Source: an uncultured Candidatus Bathyarchaeia archaeon (GTDB lineage: Archaea > Thermoproteota > Bathyarchaeia > TCS64). Taken from it: DNA of 64,000 nucleotides. Shown here piece by piece: positions 18,698 through 28,003 of the stretch; the first letter of the stretch is position 1; each line of letters starts with the position of its first letter. The notes beneath the pieces are model-generated. The model was given only the letters and a program-made list of their open reading frames with translations, was not told the origin of the DNA and did not search any database. The translations under genes and the position numbers were made by a program. The stretch lies in assembly GCA_964589605.1 (NCBI GenBank), contig CAZPRN010000003.1, forward strand, positions 135,733 through 199,732, read 5' to 3'.

Positions 18698-19804
18698 ATG
18701 TGGAAAAACAAGAACGTCTTAGTAACAGGTGGAGCATCCTTCATCGGTAGCCACCTAACTGACTCACTTCTATCACAGGGAGCATACGTTAGAGTAGCCG
18801 ACGATTTCAGCAGCGGCGAGCTCAAGAACCTAGAGTACCCGCTAGTCCAGAAAAAGACAGGGGTATGGAAGGCAGAGAACCTGGACGTACACCAGGGAGA
18901 CCTCAAGGAGAGGCCGTTCACGGTCAAGATGATGGAGGACATAGACGTTGTTTTCCACCTAGCAGCACTACACGGCGGAAGAGGGTATATTGACGCTCAT
19001 CCAGCTGACTGCTGCACAAACATGATCCTAGACCAGCTGGTATTCGAGGAAGCAAACAGGAACGACATCGACAGGGTATGCTTTGCCAGCAGTGCATGCG
19101 TGTACCCAGAGTACCTTCAGGACGCTCAGGGATCAGATTACCTGCTCAAGGAATCAGATGCACACCCATTCGAGAGAGACAAGGCACAGGCGGACCTGGA
19201 GTACGGTTGGGCGAAGTTCATGGGTGAGATGGCGTTATCGGCTTACAACCGGCAGTACGGGATGAAGACATCATCCGTCAGGATATTCACGGCGTATGGT
19301 CCAAGGGAGAACGAGACCCATGCAATCATCGCGTTAATCGCGAAAGCATTCGTACACATGGACCCCTACGAGATATGGGGCTCAGGCAAACAGGACAGGA
19401 ACTTCACCTACGTCTCAGACATCGTCTCGGCGATGATGCTCTCGGCGGAGAAAGTCACAGACGGTTCACCAACAAACGCCGGACGAGCGGACAGGATCAC
19501 GATCAATGACACAGTTGAGGTAATCTTCGACATCCTAGGATGGAGACCCAAGAAAATATTCAGGGACCTATCAAAGCCAGAGGGGGTCGCCTCAAGGGCA
19601 GCGGATATCACCATAGCCAAAAATCGCCTTGGATGGGAGCCAAAGGTATCCTACAAGGAAGGATTCACAAAGACAATTGACTGGTACGTCAAGACCCATG
19701 ACGTTAACACGCTGAAGAGGGACTTGGAGCGGCTGCTCATTGAGCGGAAGACCGTCCCGGAGCCAGCAAATGCACCGGTCGACCAGATAGAAGTCACAGG
19801 GTAG
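18698..19804 (+). CDS. SDR-family NAD-dependent sugar-nucleotide epimerase/dehydratase
   Basis: VLVTGGASFIGSHL Rossmann motif. SSACVYPEY and YGWAK (YxxxK) resemble GDP-mannose 3,5-epimerase-like enzymes. Confidence 0.8.
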   Translation: MWKNKNVLVTGGASFIGSHLTDSLLSQGAYVRVADDFSSGELKNLEYPLVQKKTGVWKAENLDVHQGDLKERPFTVKMMEDIDVVFHLAALHGGRGYIDAHPADCCTNMILDQLVFEEANRNDIDRVCFASSACVYPEYLQDAQGSDYLLKESDAHPFERDKAQADLEYGWAKFMGEMALSAYNRQYGMKTSSVRIFTAYGPRENETHAIIALIAKAFVHMDPYEIWGSGKQDRNFTYVSDIVSAMMLSAEKVTDGSPTNAGRADRITINDTVEVIFDILGWRPKKIFRDLSKPEGVASRAADITIAKNRLGWEPKVSYKEGFTKTIDWYVKTHDVNTLKRDLERLLIERKTVPEPANAPVDQIEVTG

Positions 19805-19813
19805 GTTCAACCC

Positions 19814-20842
19814 TTGACCACCTCTCACCCTCCAAGGGTATCCATCATCCTCAACTCATTTATGAACAAGGAGAAACTCGGTTCATGCCTTGAGGCAGTT
19901 TTGAAGGATGATTACCCGAACAAGGAACTGATCGTTATATCATACGGGATAGATGATCAAGCGTTCATGAATGAGGTGAGGGAGAAGGTTGACAAACTTG
20001 TTGTGCTTGAGGACGATCTGGGAGCCGCTTCTCAGAGAAACATAGGTTTCAGTAGCAAGGATAACGATTCAAAATACGTCCTATTCGTTGACGACGATGT
20101 CAAGGTAGCGCCGGACACACTAACCACCCTCGTCGAGGTTGTAGAGCTAAACCCAGATATCTCGATTGCACAGCCATTACTGGTTGGCAGCGACGGGTTG
20201 ATTGATTGTTGTGGCATGATGATCGACCAGCTCGGATACAGTTACTACAACCTCAACGGGGTGAAGGAAGAAGATGCGAATTTTAAGGAGGACGTGATTC
20301 CCGTCTCATACGCGGTTACGGCATGTGTGCTTGTGAACACGACCCAGATAACGGACGAATTCACTAGACCGTTCGATGACTCATATTACTTCAACTACGA
20401 GGACGTTGATTTCTGCCTCAGAAACTGGATCAAGGACCAGACCATAGCCTGCATACCATCAGCGAAAGCTATCCATGACAGGAGCAGGACCGCCAACCTG
20501 AGCAGATCACCCGAGCACTTGGTTTACCTGAACACATTGAACAAGTTTAGGACACTATTCAGCGTCTACGATGGCATTGATGTGCTCCGCTACGTACCGT
20601 TGTTCATCCTGATGGAGTTAGGGAAATCAGTCAAGCTGATGAGCACTAATATTGAGCACAGCAGAGCCACTTTCAGAGCAGTTACAACCATATTCAGTGA
20701 ACTGGGGGAAAACATCACCCGAAGGAGACGGGTGCAAGCCCAGAAAAAGGTCTCATTGACTGAAAAAGCTGTGATTAAAAACTTCAACATACGGGAGCTG
20801 AGTGCCGCCTACGTCCAGCACTATGAGGGGGAAGCAAGATGA
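19814..20842 (+). CDS. GT2-family glycosyltransferase
   Basis: VSIILNSFMN.., LFVDDDV (DxD) and NYEDVDFCLR motifs. Confidence 0.7.
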   Translation: MTTSHPPRVSIILNSFMNKEKLGSCLEAVLKDDYPNKELIVISYGIDDQAFMNEVREKVDKLVVLEDDLGAASQRNIGFSSKDNDSKYVLFVDDDVKVAPDTLTTLVEVVELNPDISIAQPLLVGSDGLIDCCGMMIDQLGYSYYNLNGVKEEDANFKEDVIPVSYAVTACVLVNTTQITDEFTRPFDDSYYFNYEDVDFCLRNWIKDQTIACIPSAKAIHDRSRTANLSRSPEHLVYLNTLNKFRTLFSVYDGIDVLRYVPLFILMELGKSVKLMSTNIEHSRATFRAVTTIFSELGENITRRRRVQAQKKVSLTEKAVIKNFNIRELSAAYVQHYEGEAR

Positions 20843-22269
20843 AAATTATACTTGTTGACCCAGCGAGCTTTGGGGACTTACCAGGTGCTATGCAGCCTAG
20901 CCTTGGGTTCGGATACCTTGCAGCAACACTGATGCAAGAGGGAATTGAGGTTGAGGTCTTCGATATGAGGCTCAACTACTCGATTAAGGACCTCAAGGAC
21001 AAGCTTTCCCAGTCAAACCCGGATGTCGTTGGGGTGACAGCGTATAGTGTCAAGTTTGAGAATACCAGAAATGTCATTGACACTATCATAGACGAGGGAT
21101 ACACAGTCGTAGTCGGTGGCCCACATGTTTCAGCGTGTAAGACCGATGTTCTTGAGAAGACCAAGGCAGATTTCGCAGTAATGGGCGAAGGAGAGCACAC
21201 GTTAATCGAGTTGCTTGAGTTCTTTGAGAAGGGAAGGACAGATTACGGGAACATTAATGGTCTGATCTGGAGGAAAGACGTCCAGATTATAGAGAACAAG
21301 GAAAGAGAGTATATTCATGATTTTGACTCGATTCCCTTCCCAGCTTACGAGATATTCGAGCTGGACAAGTACACGTTCACCGAGGAGAGAAGGCTCCCGA
21401 TTATCACATCAAGGGGATGCCCGTACAGGTGCGTTTTCTGCTCAGTCAAACTCTGCATGGGCAACGGTTTCAGGGCCAGGAGCCCAGAGAATGTCATAGA
21501 GGAAATCGACCACTGGTACAGCCAGGGTTGGAGACAGTTCGACATTCAGGACGACTGCTTCAACTTTGATATGGACAGGGCGAAGAAGATACTGGACCTC
21601 ATCATTGGTAGAGACTACGACATCAAGATACTCTTGGGCAACGGCATCAGGGTTGACAAAACTGACGAGGAGCTTGTCTCCAAGCTCAAACAAGCTGGAT
21701 GCACATACCTCCAATATGGTGTCGAGACCGGGGACAAGGACACGCTAAGAAAAATCAGGAAGGGAAGTACTCTCGAACAGGCATTGACAACCCTCAAGAT
21801 AACGAGGGAAGCGGGTATCGAGACATCAGTTAACTTCATCATCGGGCTACCCGACGAAACCCCGGAGAGAGCGATGAACACTATCAAATTCGCCGAGGAG
21901 CTTGAAAAGAAGGGTGAACTCATCAACGTTTACAACTTGGTTCCATACCCAGGAACAGAGGCTTTCACCTACGCTCAGGAACACGGCACATTCACCATGC
22001 CCATCGATGAGTACCTGAGCAACATCACCTACGGAACGGATAATCCGATATTCTATACGCCCGAGTTCTCAATTGAGGACAGGGAGCGTATTCTTAAGAA
22101 GGGGCTATCGATTGCCCGGAGAAGCTGGATGAAGAAAAAATTCGGTAACACCTTCGGGTACATCGTGTGGATGGTCACGGGGTGGCAGTCGCTTTACAAG
22201 TTTGCGACCAGAATAGTCCTGAGTACCAATTTGGGTCGTGGAGTATACAACCTATTGAAGAGGGATTGA
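20839..22269 (+). CDS. B12-binding-domain radical SAM protein
   Basis: N-terminal cobalamin-binding-like fold (VVGVTAYS..VVVGGPHVS), then ITSRGCPYRCVFCSV (Cx3Cx2C) and YLQYGVETG. Confidence 0.85.
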   Translation: MKIILVDPASFGDLPGAMQPSLGFGYLAATLMQEGIEVEVFDMRLNYSIKDLKDKLSQSNPDVVGVTAYSVKFENTRNVIDTIIDEGYTVVVGGPHVSACKTDVLEKTKADFAVMGEGEHTLIELLEFFEKGRTDYGNINGLIWRKDVQIIENKEREYIHDFDSIPFPAYEIFELDKYTFTEERRLPIITSRGCPYRCVFCSVKLCMGNGFRARSPENVIEEIDHWYSQGWRQFDIQDDCFNFDMDRAKKILDLIIGRDYDIKILLGNGIRVDKTDEELVSKLKQAGCTYLQYGVETGDKDTLRKIRKGSTLEQALTTLKITREAGIETSVNFIIGLPDETPERAMNTIKFAEELEKKGELINVYNLVPYPGTEAFTYAQEHGTFTMPIDEYLSNITYGTDNPIFYTPEFSIEDRERILKKGLSIARRSWMKKKFGNTFGYIVWMVTGWQSLYKFATRIVLSTNLGRGVYNLLKRD

Positions 22270-22282
22270 GGAGAGAAATGGC

Positions 22283-23359
22283 TTGAGAATTCTACACATA
22301 TCCAATCCCGTCCCGGTGCCCCCAATTGGATTGGGTGGATCGGAGAAGGTTGTGTATAATCTAGCGAAGACTCAGGCAGAGAAAGGACACGAGGTCTCGG
22401 TGATGGCGGGTCTGCCAACCGATGTGCCTATGGTTCGTAGCCTATCATTCACGGATGGTCGTACCTATACTGAGAACGATTTCATACCGAAACGGTTCAT
22501 GTCAGGATACACGTTGAGGTCGTTTCTCAAAGCAAATAGGATGGACGAGTTTGATATCGTACATAACCATATCTCTGAGGAGGCGTTGCCCCTCTCATGT
22601 TTTAGCAAGTATCCCATGGTTACAACACTTCACTGTCCAATGACCCTTGAAAGGTTCTGGCCGAGGATGACCAACACGATAGCCAAGTACCTTCCAAAGA
22701 AGACCTTCTTTATTCCCATTAGTAGTCGGAGCTACAAGAGCTACGAGCCCTATTTCAAAGATAAAATGCTGGACTATGTGCACCACGGGATGGACCTGTC
22801 CCAAGTCCCCTTCAACTCGTCACCTGAAACAGAGCACGAGATCGAGATATGTTACCTTAATCGCTTCATCCCTGAGAAAAAACCGTTCACGGCAATGGAG
22901 GTTGCTGATAATTTATCCGAGAAAGGTTACGATACACACCTATCGATGATGGGAAGCATGGATGATTCTAACCCTCAGTTCAACCACGAGGTGATAAGCT
23001 GGGTCAAGGACCGTGATTATGTCGATATAATTCCAAATATCCCGACAGATGAAATGTTCAGAGTCCTCGGTGACAGTCACGTGATGGTAAATCCATCCAT
23101 CGAGATTGGACTAAACCTGGCTCAACTGGAAGCCCTCTCAACGGGGACCCCCGTGGTCGGAGTTAGAGATGGAATTGCGGCGGAAGTTGTATTGCACGGT
23201 GAAAGTGGATTCATCGGTGCGTCAGTCGAGGAGATGGCTGAGTACTGTATCAAGGCAAAAGATCTAGATCGAAAAGGTTGTAGGGAATACGTTCAGTCAA
23301 AGTTCAGCCTTGACAGGATGTACGAGGGCTACATGGATGCTTATGGCAAGGTAATGTGA
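22283..23359 (+). CDS. GT4/GT1-type (GT-B) glycosyltransferase, TTG start
   Basis: MRILHISNP..GGSEKVV N-terminus and E..G....EALS.G.PVV C-terminal motif. Confidence 0.75.
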   Translation: MRILHISNPVPVPPIGLGGSEKVVYNLAKTQAEKGHEVSVMAGLPTDVPMVRSLSFTDGRTYTENDFIPKRFMSGYTLRSFLKANRMDEFDIVHNHISEEALPLSCFSKYPMVTTLHCPMTLERFWPRMTNTIAKYLPKKTFFIPISSRSYKSYEPYFKDKMLDYVHHGMDLSQVPFNSSPETEHEIEICYLNRFIPEKKPFTAMEVADNLSEKGYDTHLSMMGSMDDSNPQFNHEVISWVKDRDYVDIIPNIPTDEMFRVLGDSHVMVNPSIEIGLNLAQLEALSTGTPVVGVRDGIAAEVVLHGESGFIGASVEEMAEYCIKAKDLDRKGCREYVQSKFSLDRMYEGYMDAYGKVM

Positions 23360-23360
23360 G

Positions 23361-26327
23361 ATGTTCGGGCAGGTTTTCAAGAGAATTCAAAGCGACAAGT
23401 TTGAGTCTCTTGTAGGCCGCCTGTTTCCAGCTACCGTTCTAATCATTTTCACTGCATTGACGCTTGGCAGAGAAGGGGGATGGCTGTTCACGTTATCCGC
23501 ATACCTGCTCACTACCACACTTCCGTCTATTCACCTCACCCGTGCTCTAAAGAGAATGCTGGACATGGAGGCGGACGAGGTGATGGTTGTCAACTTTATA
23601 ATCGGTAACGGGTTGATGAACCTGGTCTACATACTTCTGACCACGTTACTGGCTGAAGTTTCGAGGCTAATTTTGATGGGTTCACTGATTGGATTTTCAT
23701 TGGTCACGGGATTGCTGACATACTTGTTGATTGATGAAGCTCCAAGTAGGGCGATGAGGCCCCTACTCTCCAAGTACCTTGGTGTAGTGATCGGGGTGTC
23801 TCCTGGGGTTTACACGATCCTGAAATCTCTACCAAACGAGTACTGGAGGGGTGACGACCCATGGGGTCTGGCTGTGGTCGCCAAGGGAATATTCCTAAAC
23901 GGGTTTTCCCCCGCAGAGGCTTTCGAGTACTACAAGGGGTATTTCCCCCTGTTCACATCGGGATTCTATTACCATGTGGCTGCGATTATGGCAGTTACGG
24001 GGGCTCAAGTGGAGACCCTGGTGCGCTATGGAGGCGCAGTAATCGCTGGGACCCTGACTGTCCTGACATACATCATCGTCAAACGAACTGTGAATAAACA
24101 GGGGGGAATCGTTGCAGCGTTCTTCATGTTCCTTAGCCCAAGGATGATTCTCAGGTTCTCATCCCCCCTCCGCGAGTACTACGGGTACGTTGTGCTGATT
24201 CTGGTGCTGTATCTTTCATACCTGAGGGCGAGGAAGGACAACGGGTTTGAGCCAATCTATGTCCTCGTGCAAGCCGGACTGTTAAGCGCAACAATAGTAA
24301 ACCACACACTGACACCGATACTGGTTCTAGGTATCCTCGGGATTGACATGTTGAACAGTATCGTCAAGGGCAAACTGTTCCATGTCTACGAGGTAGTTTT
24401 ATCGTTTATCCTCGCATTTGTCATGGCTGGACCATATTATCCGTTCATCTACGAGCCGATTCTGATGTTCTTCGGGATCGGTGAATCAATGATGATACTG
24501 CTAGGAGCTGCTGGGCTGGGAGTGTTCTTCGGTTTACTCTACCTGGTGAAAGATAGAATCAAAGAGGAATCATTCAGGGTCTCGGTACCAATTAAAACAG
24601 TCTTCCTGTTCCTGTTAGCAACCGTATTCATCGTCAATGTTTACTATCCTCCAGACCTGGGAGCGGGTTATGCATTAGGTTACATGAGCGAACATCATTT
24701 CTCGAAAATCTTTGCCCTGATCTCAATCATTGGGTATTTCCTGATGGGAGTCTTTGAGACCCCGATACAGGTTTACTCACTCGCATTTCAGGTGGCTTTC
24801 TTTGTCGGGTTGAGCTATCTAGGAGTCGGTGTGCCTCTTGGAAGGCTAGAAATGTACGGAGTCTGGGTGATGTGCTATGCTTCGGCCCAGATGATAGGAA
24901 TCGCGTCCAGACAGTTCGGGTTTGAGCCATTCAAATCAGAAGGAAAACCAAGGATAATAGATGTCAAGAATTACATCTACAAGCACAGGTACACTGTTCT
25001 GCTTCTGATCATCATAATGATCCCCTACATGAATGATATAAGCCACGTTAGGCAGGCACCTTACACGTACAATTCCAATGACGTAAAATCTGCTAAAGAG
25101 TTCGCAGAAATCGTTGAGGATGGTGATCTCGTGGTACACGAGCTTCTTCATGTGCACTTGATGTATTATGCGGAGATACCTCACGAGAGCCAAATCAATG
25201 TGGATGATGTATGGGGATGGAAAACCCGGTTCTACGTCAGCGATACTGTCTATAACATGAGTGATTGGGTGCAAGAGACAATCCCCGAGGTGGAACGGGT
25301 GCACTTCTATGCGACGAACGAAAACTACCTCAAGGATAGCCCCAACTCCCTATCAAAGGACATCCTTGAAGACTACGGGTACGAGCTAGCATGGGATGAG
25401 GCAAGGAGTTTCACTTTCGATATCCCGTTCTCGTTAGATTCACTGCCCTTAGAGAACGTTAGGTACATCGGAAACAATGGATCGAAGCTGATTGATGACC
25501 ACATAATTGACTTGAGTAACGTAGTCTATGAGCCCGAGGTAGGAGTCTATCGAGTATATTACGCTGGTGAGACCTCAAGTGAAACTAGTTTCATTGGATA
25601 TCTCCACTCGGAAAACGGAGTGGATTGGGTCGACGGAGGTGAGATACTCACAGGTTTGAATGATCCGTACATTGTCAAGGATGATTCGTACCACATGTTT
25701 GCGTTGGATGAGACTGGTTCAATTGTAGCACTTGAAAGCTGGGATGGGGTAGACTGGTTTAACGAGAAAATCGTGGTTCCCGTTGTGACTGGAAACGGTT
25801 TCTGGGAGATCGAGGCGCCCATTGCATGGATAAACGGCTCAGAGTGGAACCTGGTATACTCCCTAACACAGGCTAACTCCATGAACCTATCAACCGGTCT
25901 TGTTCACCACACATCATGGAACGGAGCTCAATGGAGAGAAGGAAGAGAGGTCACACCTATCTTAACCGATAAACTAGAACGGCACCACGTATACGAGAAA
26001 ATCCTACTCACGGACAGGATAGAGTTCGAGAGAGGCGTCATGTTCCTCGGCAGATTCAAAGCAAAAAGACTGTACGGAGAAAGGGAGTGGAAAACCGGCA
26101 GCCTATGGTTCCCTGATGGCATAAGAGAGGACAACGCATACATCAGGAGCTTCACCTACACTGATTACCCCGAGCTATCCAGAGATGTACACTCAGTGCA
26201 GTACTCTGAGAGCCTGGATGGAAGAAAGCTTTACCTCTATACTGGTGAAGGTGAGGCAGACGGCATCAACCTAGGGTTCGTTGATGATGAAATCGGCTTA
26301 GAAATAGACTGGATAGTTGAGCCTTAA
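23361..26327 (+). CDS. Large polytopic membrane protein (about 560 aa of TM helices) with an extracytoplasmic beta-propeller-like domain of about 420 aa
   Basis: Many hydrophobic helices. An acidic loop YWRGDDPWG lies after the early helices (GT-C-like feature). The C-terminus has DPYIVKDD.YHMFA and WEIEAPIAW..WNLVYS, reminiscent of 5-bladed propeller glycosidase folds. No WWDYG motif. Confidence 0.6.
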   Translation: MFGQVFKRIQSDKFESLVGRLFPATVLIIFTALTLGREGGWLFTLSAYLLTTTLPSIHLTRALKRMLDMEADEVMVVNFIIGNGLMNLVYILLTTLLAEVSRLILMGSLIGFSLVTGLLTYLLIDEAPSRAMRPLLSKYLGVVIGVSPGVYTILKSLPNEYWRGDDPWGLAVVAKGIFLNGFSPAEAFEYYKGYFPLFTSGFYYHVAAIMAVTGAQVETLVRYGGAVIAGTLTVLTYIIVKRTVNKQGGIVAAFFMFLSPRMILRFSSPLREYYGYVVLILVLYLSYLRARKDNGFEPIYVLVQAGLLSATIVNHTLTPILVLGILGIDMLNSIVKGKLFHVYEVVLSFILAFVMAGPYYPFIYEPILMFFGIGESMMILLGAAGLGVFFGLLYLVKDRIKEESFRVSVPIKTVFLFLLATVFIVNVYYPPDLGAGYALGYMSEHHFSKIFALISIIGYFLMGVFETPIQVYSLAFQVAFFVGLSYLGVGVPLGRLEMYGVWVMCYASAQMIGIASRQFGFEPFKSEGKPRIIDVKNYIYKHRYTVLLLIIIMIPYMNDISHVRQAPYTYNSNDVKSAKEFAEIVEDGDLVVHELLHVHLMYYAEIPHESQINVDDVWGWKTRFYVSDTVYNMSDWVQETIPEVERVHFYATNENYLKDSPNSLSKDILEDYGYELAWDEARSFTFDIPFSLDSLPLENVRYIGNNGSKLIDDHIIDLSNVVYEPEVGVYRVYYAGETSSETSFIGYLHSENGVDWVDGGEILTGLNDPYIVKDDSYHMFALDETGSIVALESWDGVDWFNEKIVVPVVTGNGFWEIEAPIAWINGSEWNLVYSLTQANSMNLSTGLVHHTSWNGAQWREGREVTPILTDKLERHHVYEKILLTDRIEFERGVMFLGRFKAKRLYGEREWKTGSLWFPDGIREDNAYIRSFTYTDYPELSRDVHSVQYSESLDGRKLYLYTGEGEADGINLGFVDDEIGLEIDWIVEP

Positions 26328-27958
26328 GACTCGTAAACTAGTTTTCCGCCTACCCAAGTTTTCTCGACGAGAATATCCTTGATATCATCCTCGGGGCACT
26401 CAAGGTAATCCCTGTCAATGACAATCATATCAGCGAGCTTTCCTGGCTCAAGAGACCCTTTTCTGTTTTCCTCGAAGCTCATGTATGCACAGTTGATGGT
26501 GTACATCCGCAGGGATTCTTCGCGAGTTACCGCCTGGTCAATCCCGAGCACAGTGTCGTTTATCTGAGTCCGCCTAGCCACCCCTGCCCAGATAGCGGGG
26601 AATGGTGGATACGGCACTACTGGTGCATCTGTGCTCGCTCCTACACAGATTCCCTCATCGAGGAAACGCCGGTGGGGCTTTGTCCATGATGCCCGCTCCC
26701 TTCCAAGATTCTGGTCAAAGCTGTCACCCAGATAGTAGACATGGCTAGGCTGCGTGTTTATCGTTAAGCCCATCTGTTTGATCTGCTCAATGTTCTCATC
26801 GTTTGGCTGGTAGACGTGGATGATCTGGAACCTTCTGCCCTTTATGGGCTTTACCTTGTCGGTTTTCTCGTATGCAGCTAGAACCTGATCTATTGCGGCT
26901 CCTCCTGCACAGTGGATGGCTGATAGCATGCCACGCTTGTTCGCCTCATCGACAAGCGCCTGAAGTTTCTCATCAGTGTAGATGCTCACTCCTCTATCTT
27001 CCGGGTCTCCCTCATAGTGCTCTCGTAGATACGCCGTTCTACCTCCTACTCCTCCATCGACGAGAAGCTTCAAACCGAGGAACCTGAGTGTATCGTTGCC
27101 GTACCCTGTGATCATTGGGAACTCCCGTATGCGTTTGATGCTCTCCTCAAGTGGCTCGTTCCGTTGGCTGCCGTGGAGCATTAGGTTCACCCTGACGGAC
27201 AACTTTCCCTCGTCCATGACGTTCTGGTACGCGACGAAATCATCGGCGTCCAGACCTGGCTCCTGAACACTGGTGATACCTACAGAGTTCAGCGCCTTGC
27301 ACGCTGTCTTGATGCAGTCCATCTTCTCATTGATATCCTCGACTGGCATCAGGTTCCGTACGAGGTTCATAGCTGGTCCCTCTTCTAGTAACCCGTTTGG
27401 CTCACCGTTCTCATTCCTATCGATCACTCCGCCCGCTGGGTTCTCCGTGTCCTTGCTTATCCCTGCCAGCTCAAGCGCCTTTGAGTTCACCAGAAGAACG
27501 TGTCCACATGTACGAGTTAACGCGACGGGGTTCTCGGGTGCAATCTCGTCCAAGTCCCACCTAGTCGGGTTACGGTGATCAGCAAGCTTGACTTGGTCCC
27601 ATCCCCTGCCCAGTATCCATTCACCGGGCTTAGATTCCTTGATCTTCTCGGCTACGGCTTGCTTCATCTCCTCGATGCTGTAGACCGGTGGAGTCATCAC
27701 GTTGATAATCTTGAGTGCTACACCCACGCCTTTTAGGTGGACGTGGCTGTCGTAGAGCCCTGGGAGTACGGTTTTTCCCTCAAGGTCAACTATTTCTGTT
27801 TTTTCTCCGACAAACTGTTTCACTGTCTCGGATGAGCCTGTGACCTGTATCTCACCATCCTTGACAGATAATGCCTCGACGATGCCGAAATCATCATCAA
27901 CTGTTAGAATCTTACCGTTTAATAGAACCAAATCCGCCTCGCAGGCTGGGTGTACCAT
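26324..27958 (-). CDS. Amidohydrolase-3 (YtcJ-like) metal-dependent hydrolase, paralog A
   Basis: LPGLYDSHVHL, GWD..K, IHCAGG and STDAPV motifs. Confidence 0.8.
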   Translation of the reverse strand: MVHPACEADLVLLNGKILTVDDDFGIVEALSVKDGEIQVTGSSETVKQFVGEKTEIVDLEGKTVLPGLYDSHVHLKGVGVALKIINVMTPPVYSIEEMKQAVAEKIKESKPGEWILGRGWDQVKLADHRNPTRWDLDEIAPENPVALTRTCGHVLLVNSKALELAGISKDTENPAGGVIDRNENGEPNGLLEEGPAMNLVRNLMPVEDINEKMDCIKTACKALNSVGITSVQEPGLDADDFVAYQNVMDEGKLSVRVNLMLHGSQRNEPLEESIKRIREFPMITGYGNDTLRFLGLKLLVDGGVGGRTAYLREHYEGDPEDRGVSIYTDEKLQALVDEANKRGMLSAIHCAGGAAIDQVLAAYEKTDKVKPIKGRRFQIIHVYQPNDENIEQIKQMGLTINTQPSHVYYLGDSFDQNLGRERASWTKPHRRFLDEGICVGASTDAPVVPYPPFPAIWAGVARRTQINDTVLGIDQAVTREESLRMYTINCAYMSFEENRKGSLEPGKLADMIVIDRDYLECPEDDIKDILVEKTWVGGKLVYES

Positions 27959-28003
27959 AAACTATCCCCCTTGAATGGGGGAGAGTAATAATAAAATGGG
28001 TGG

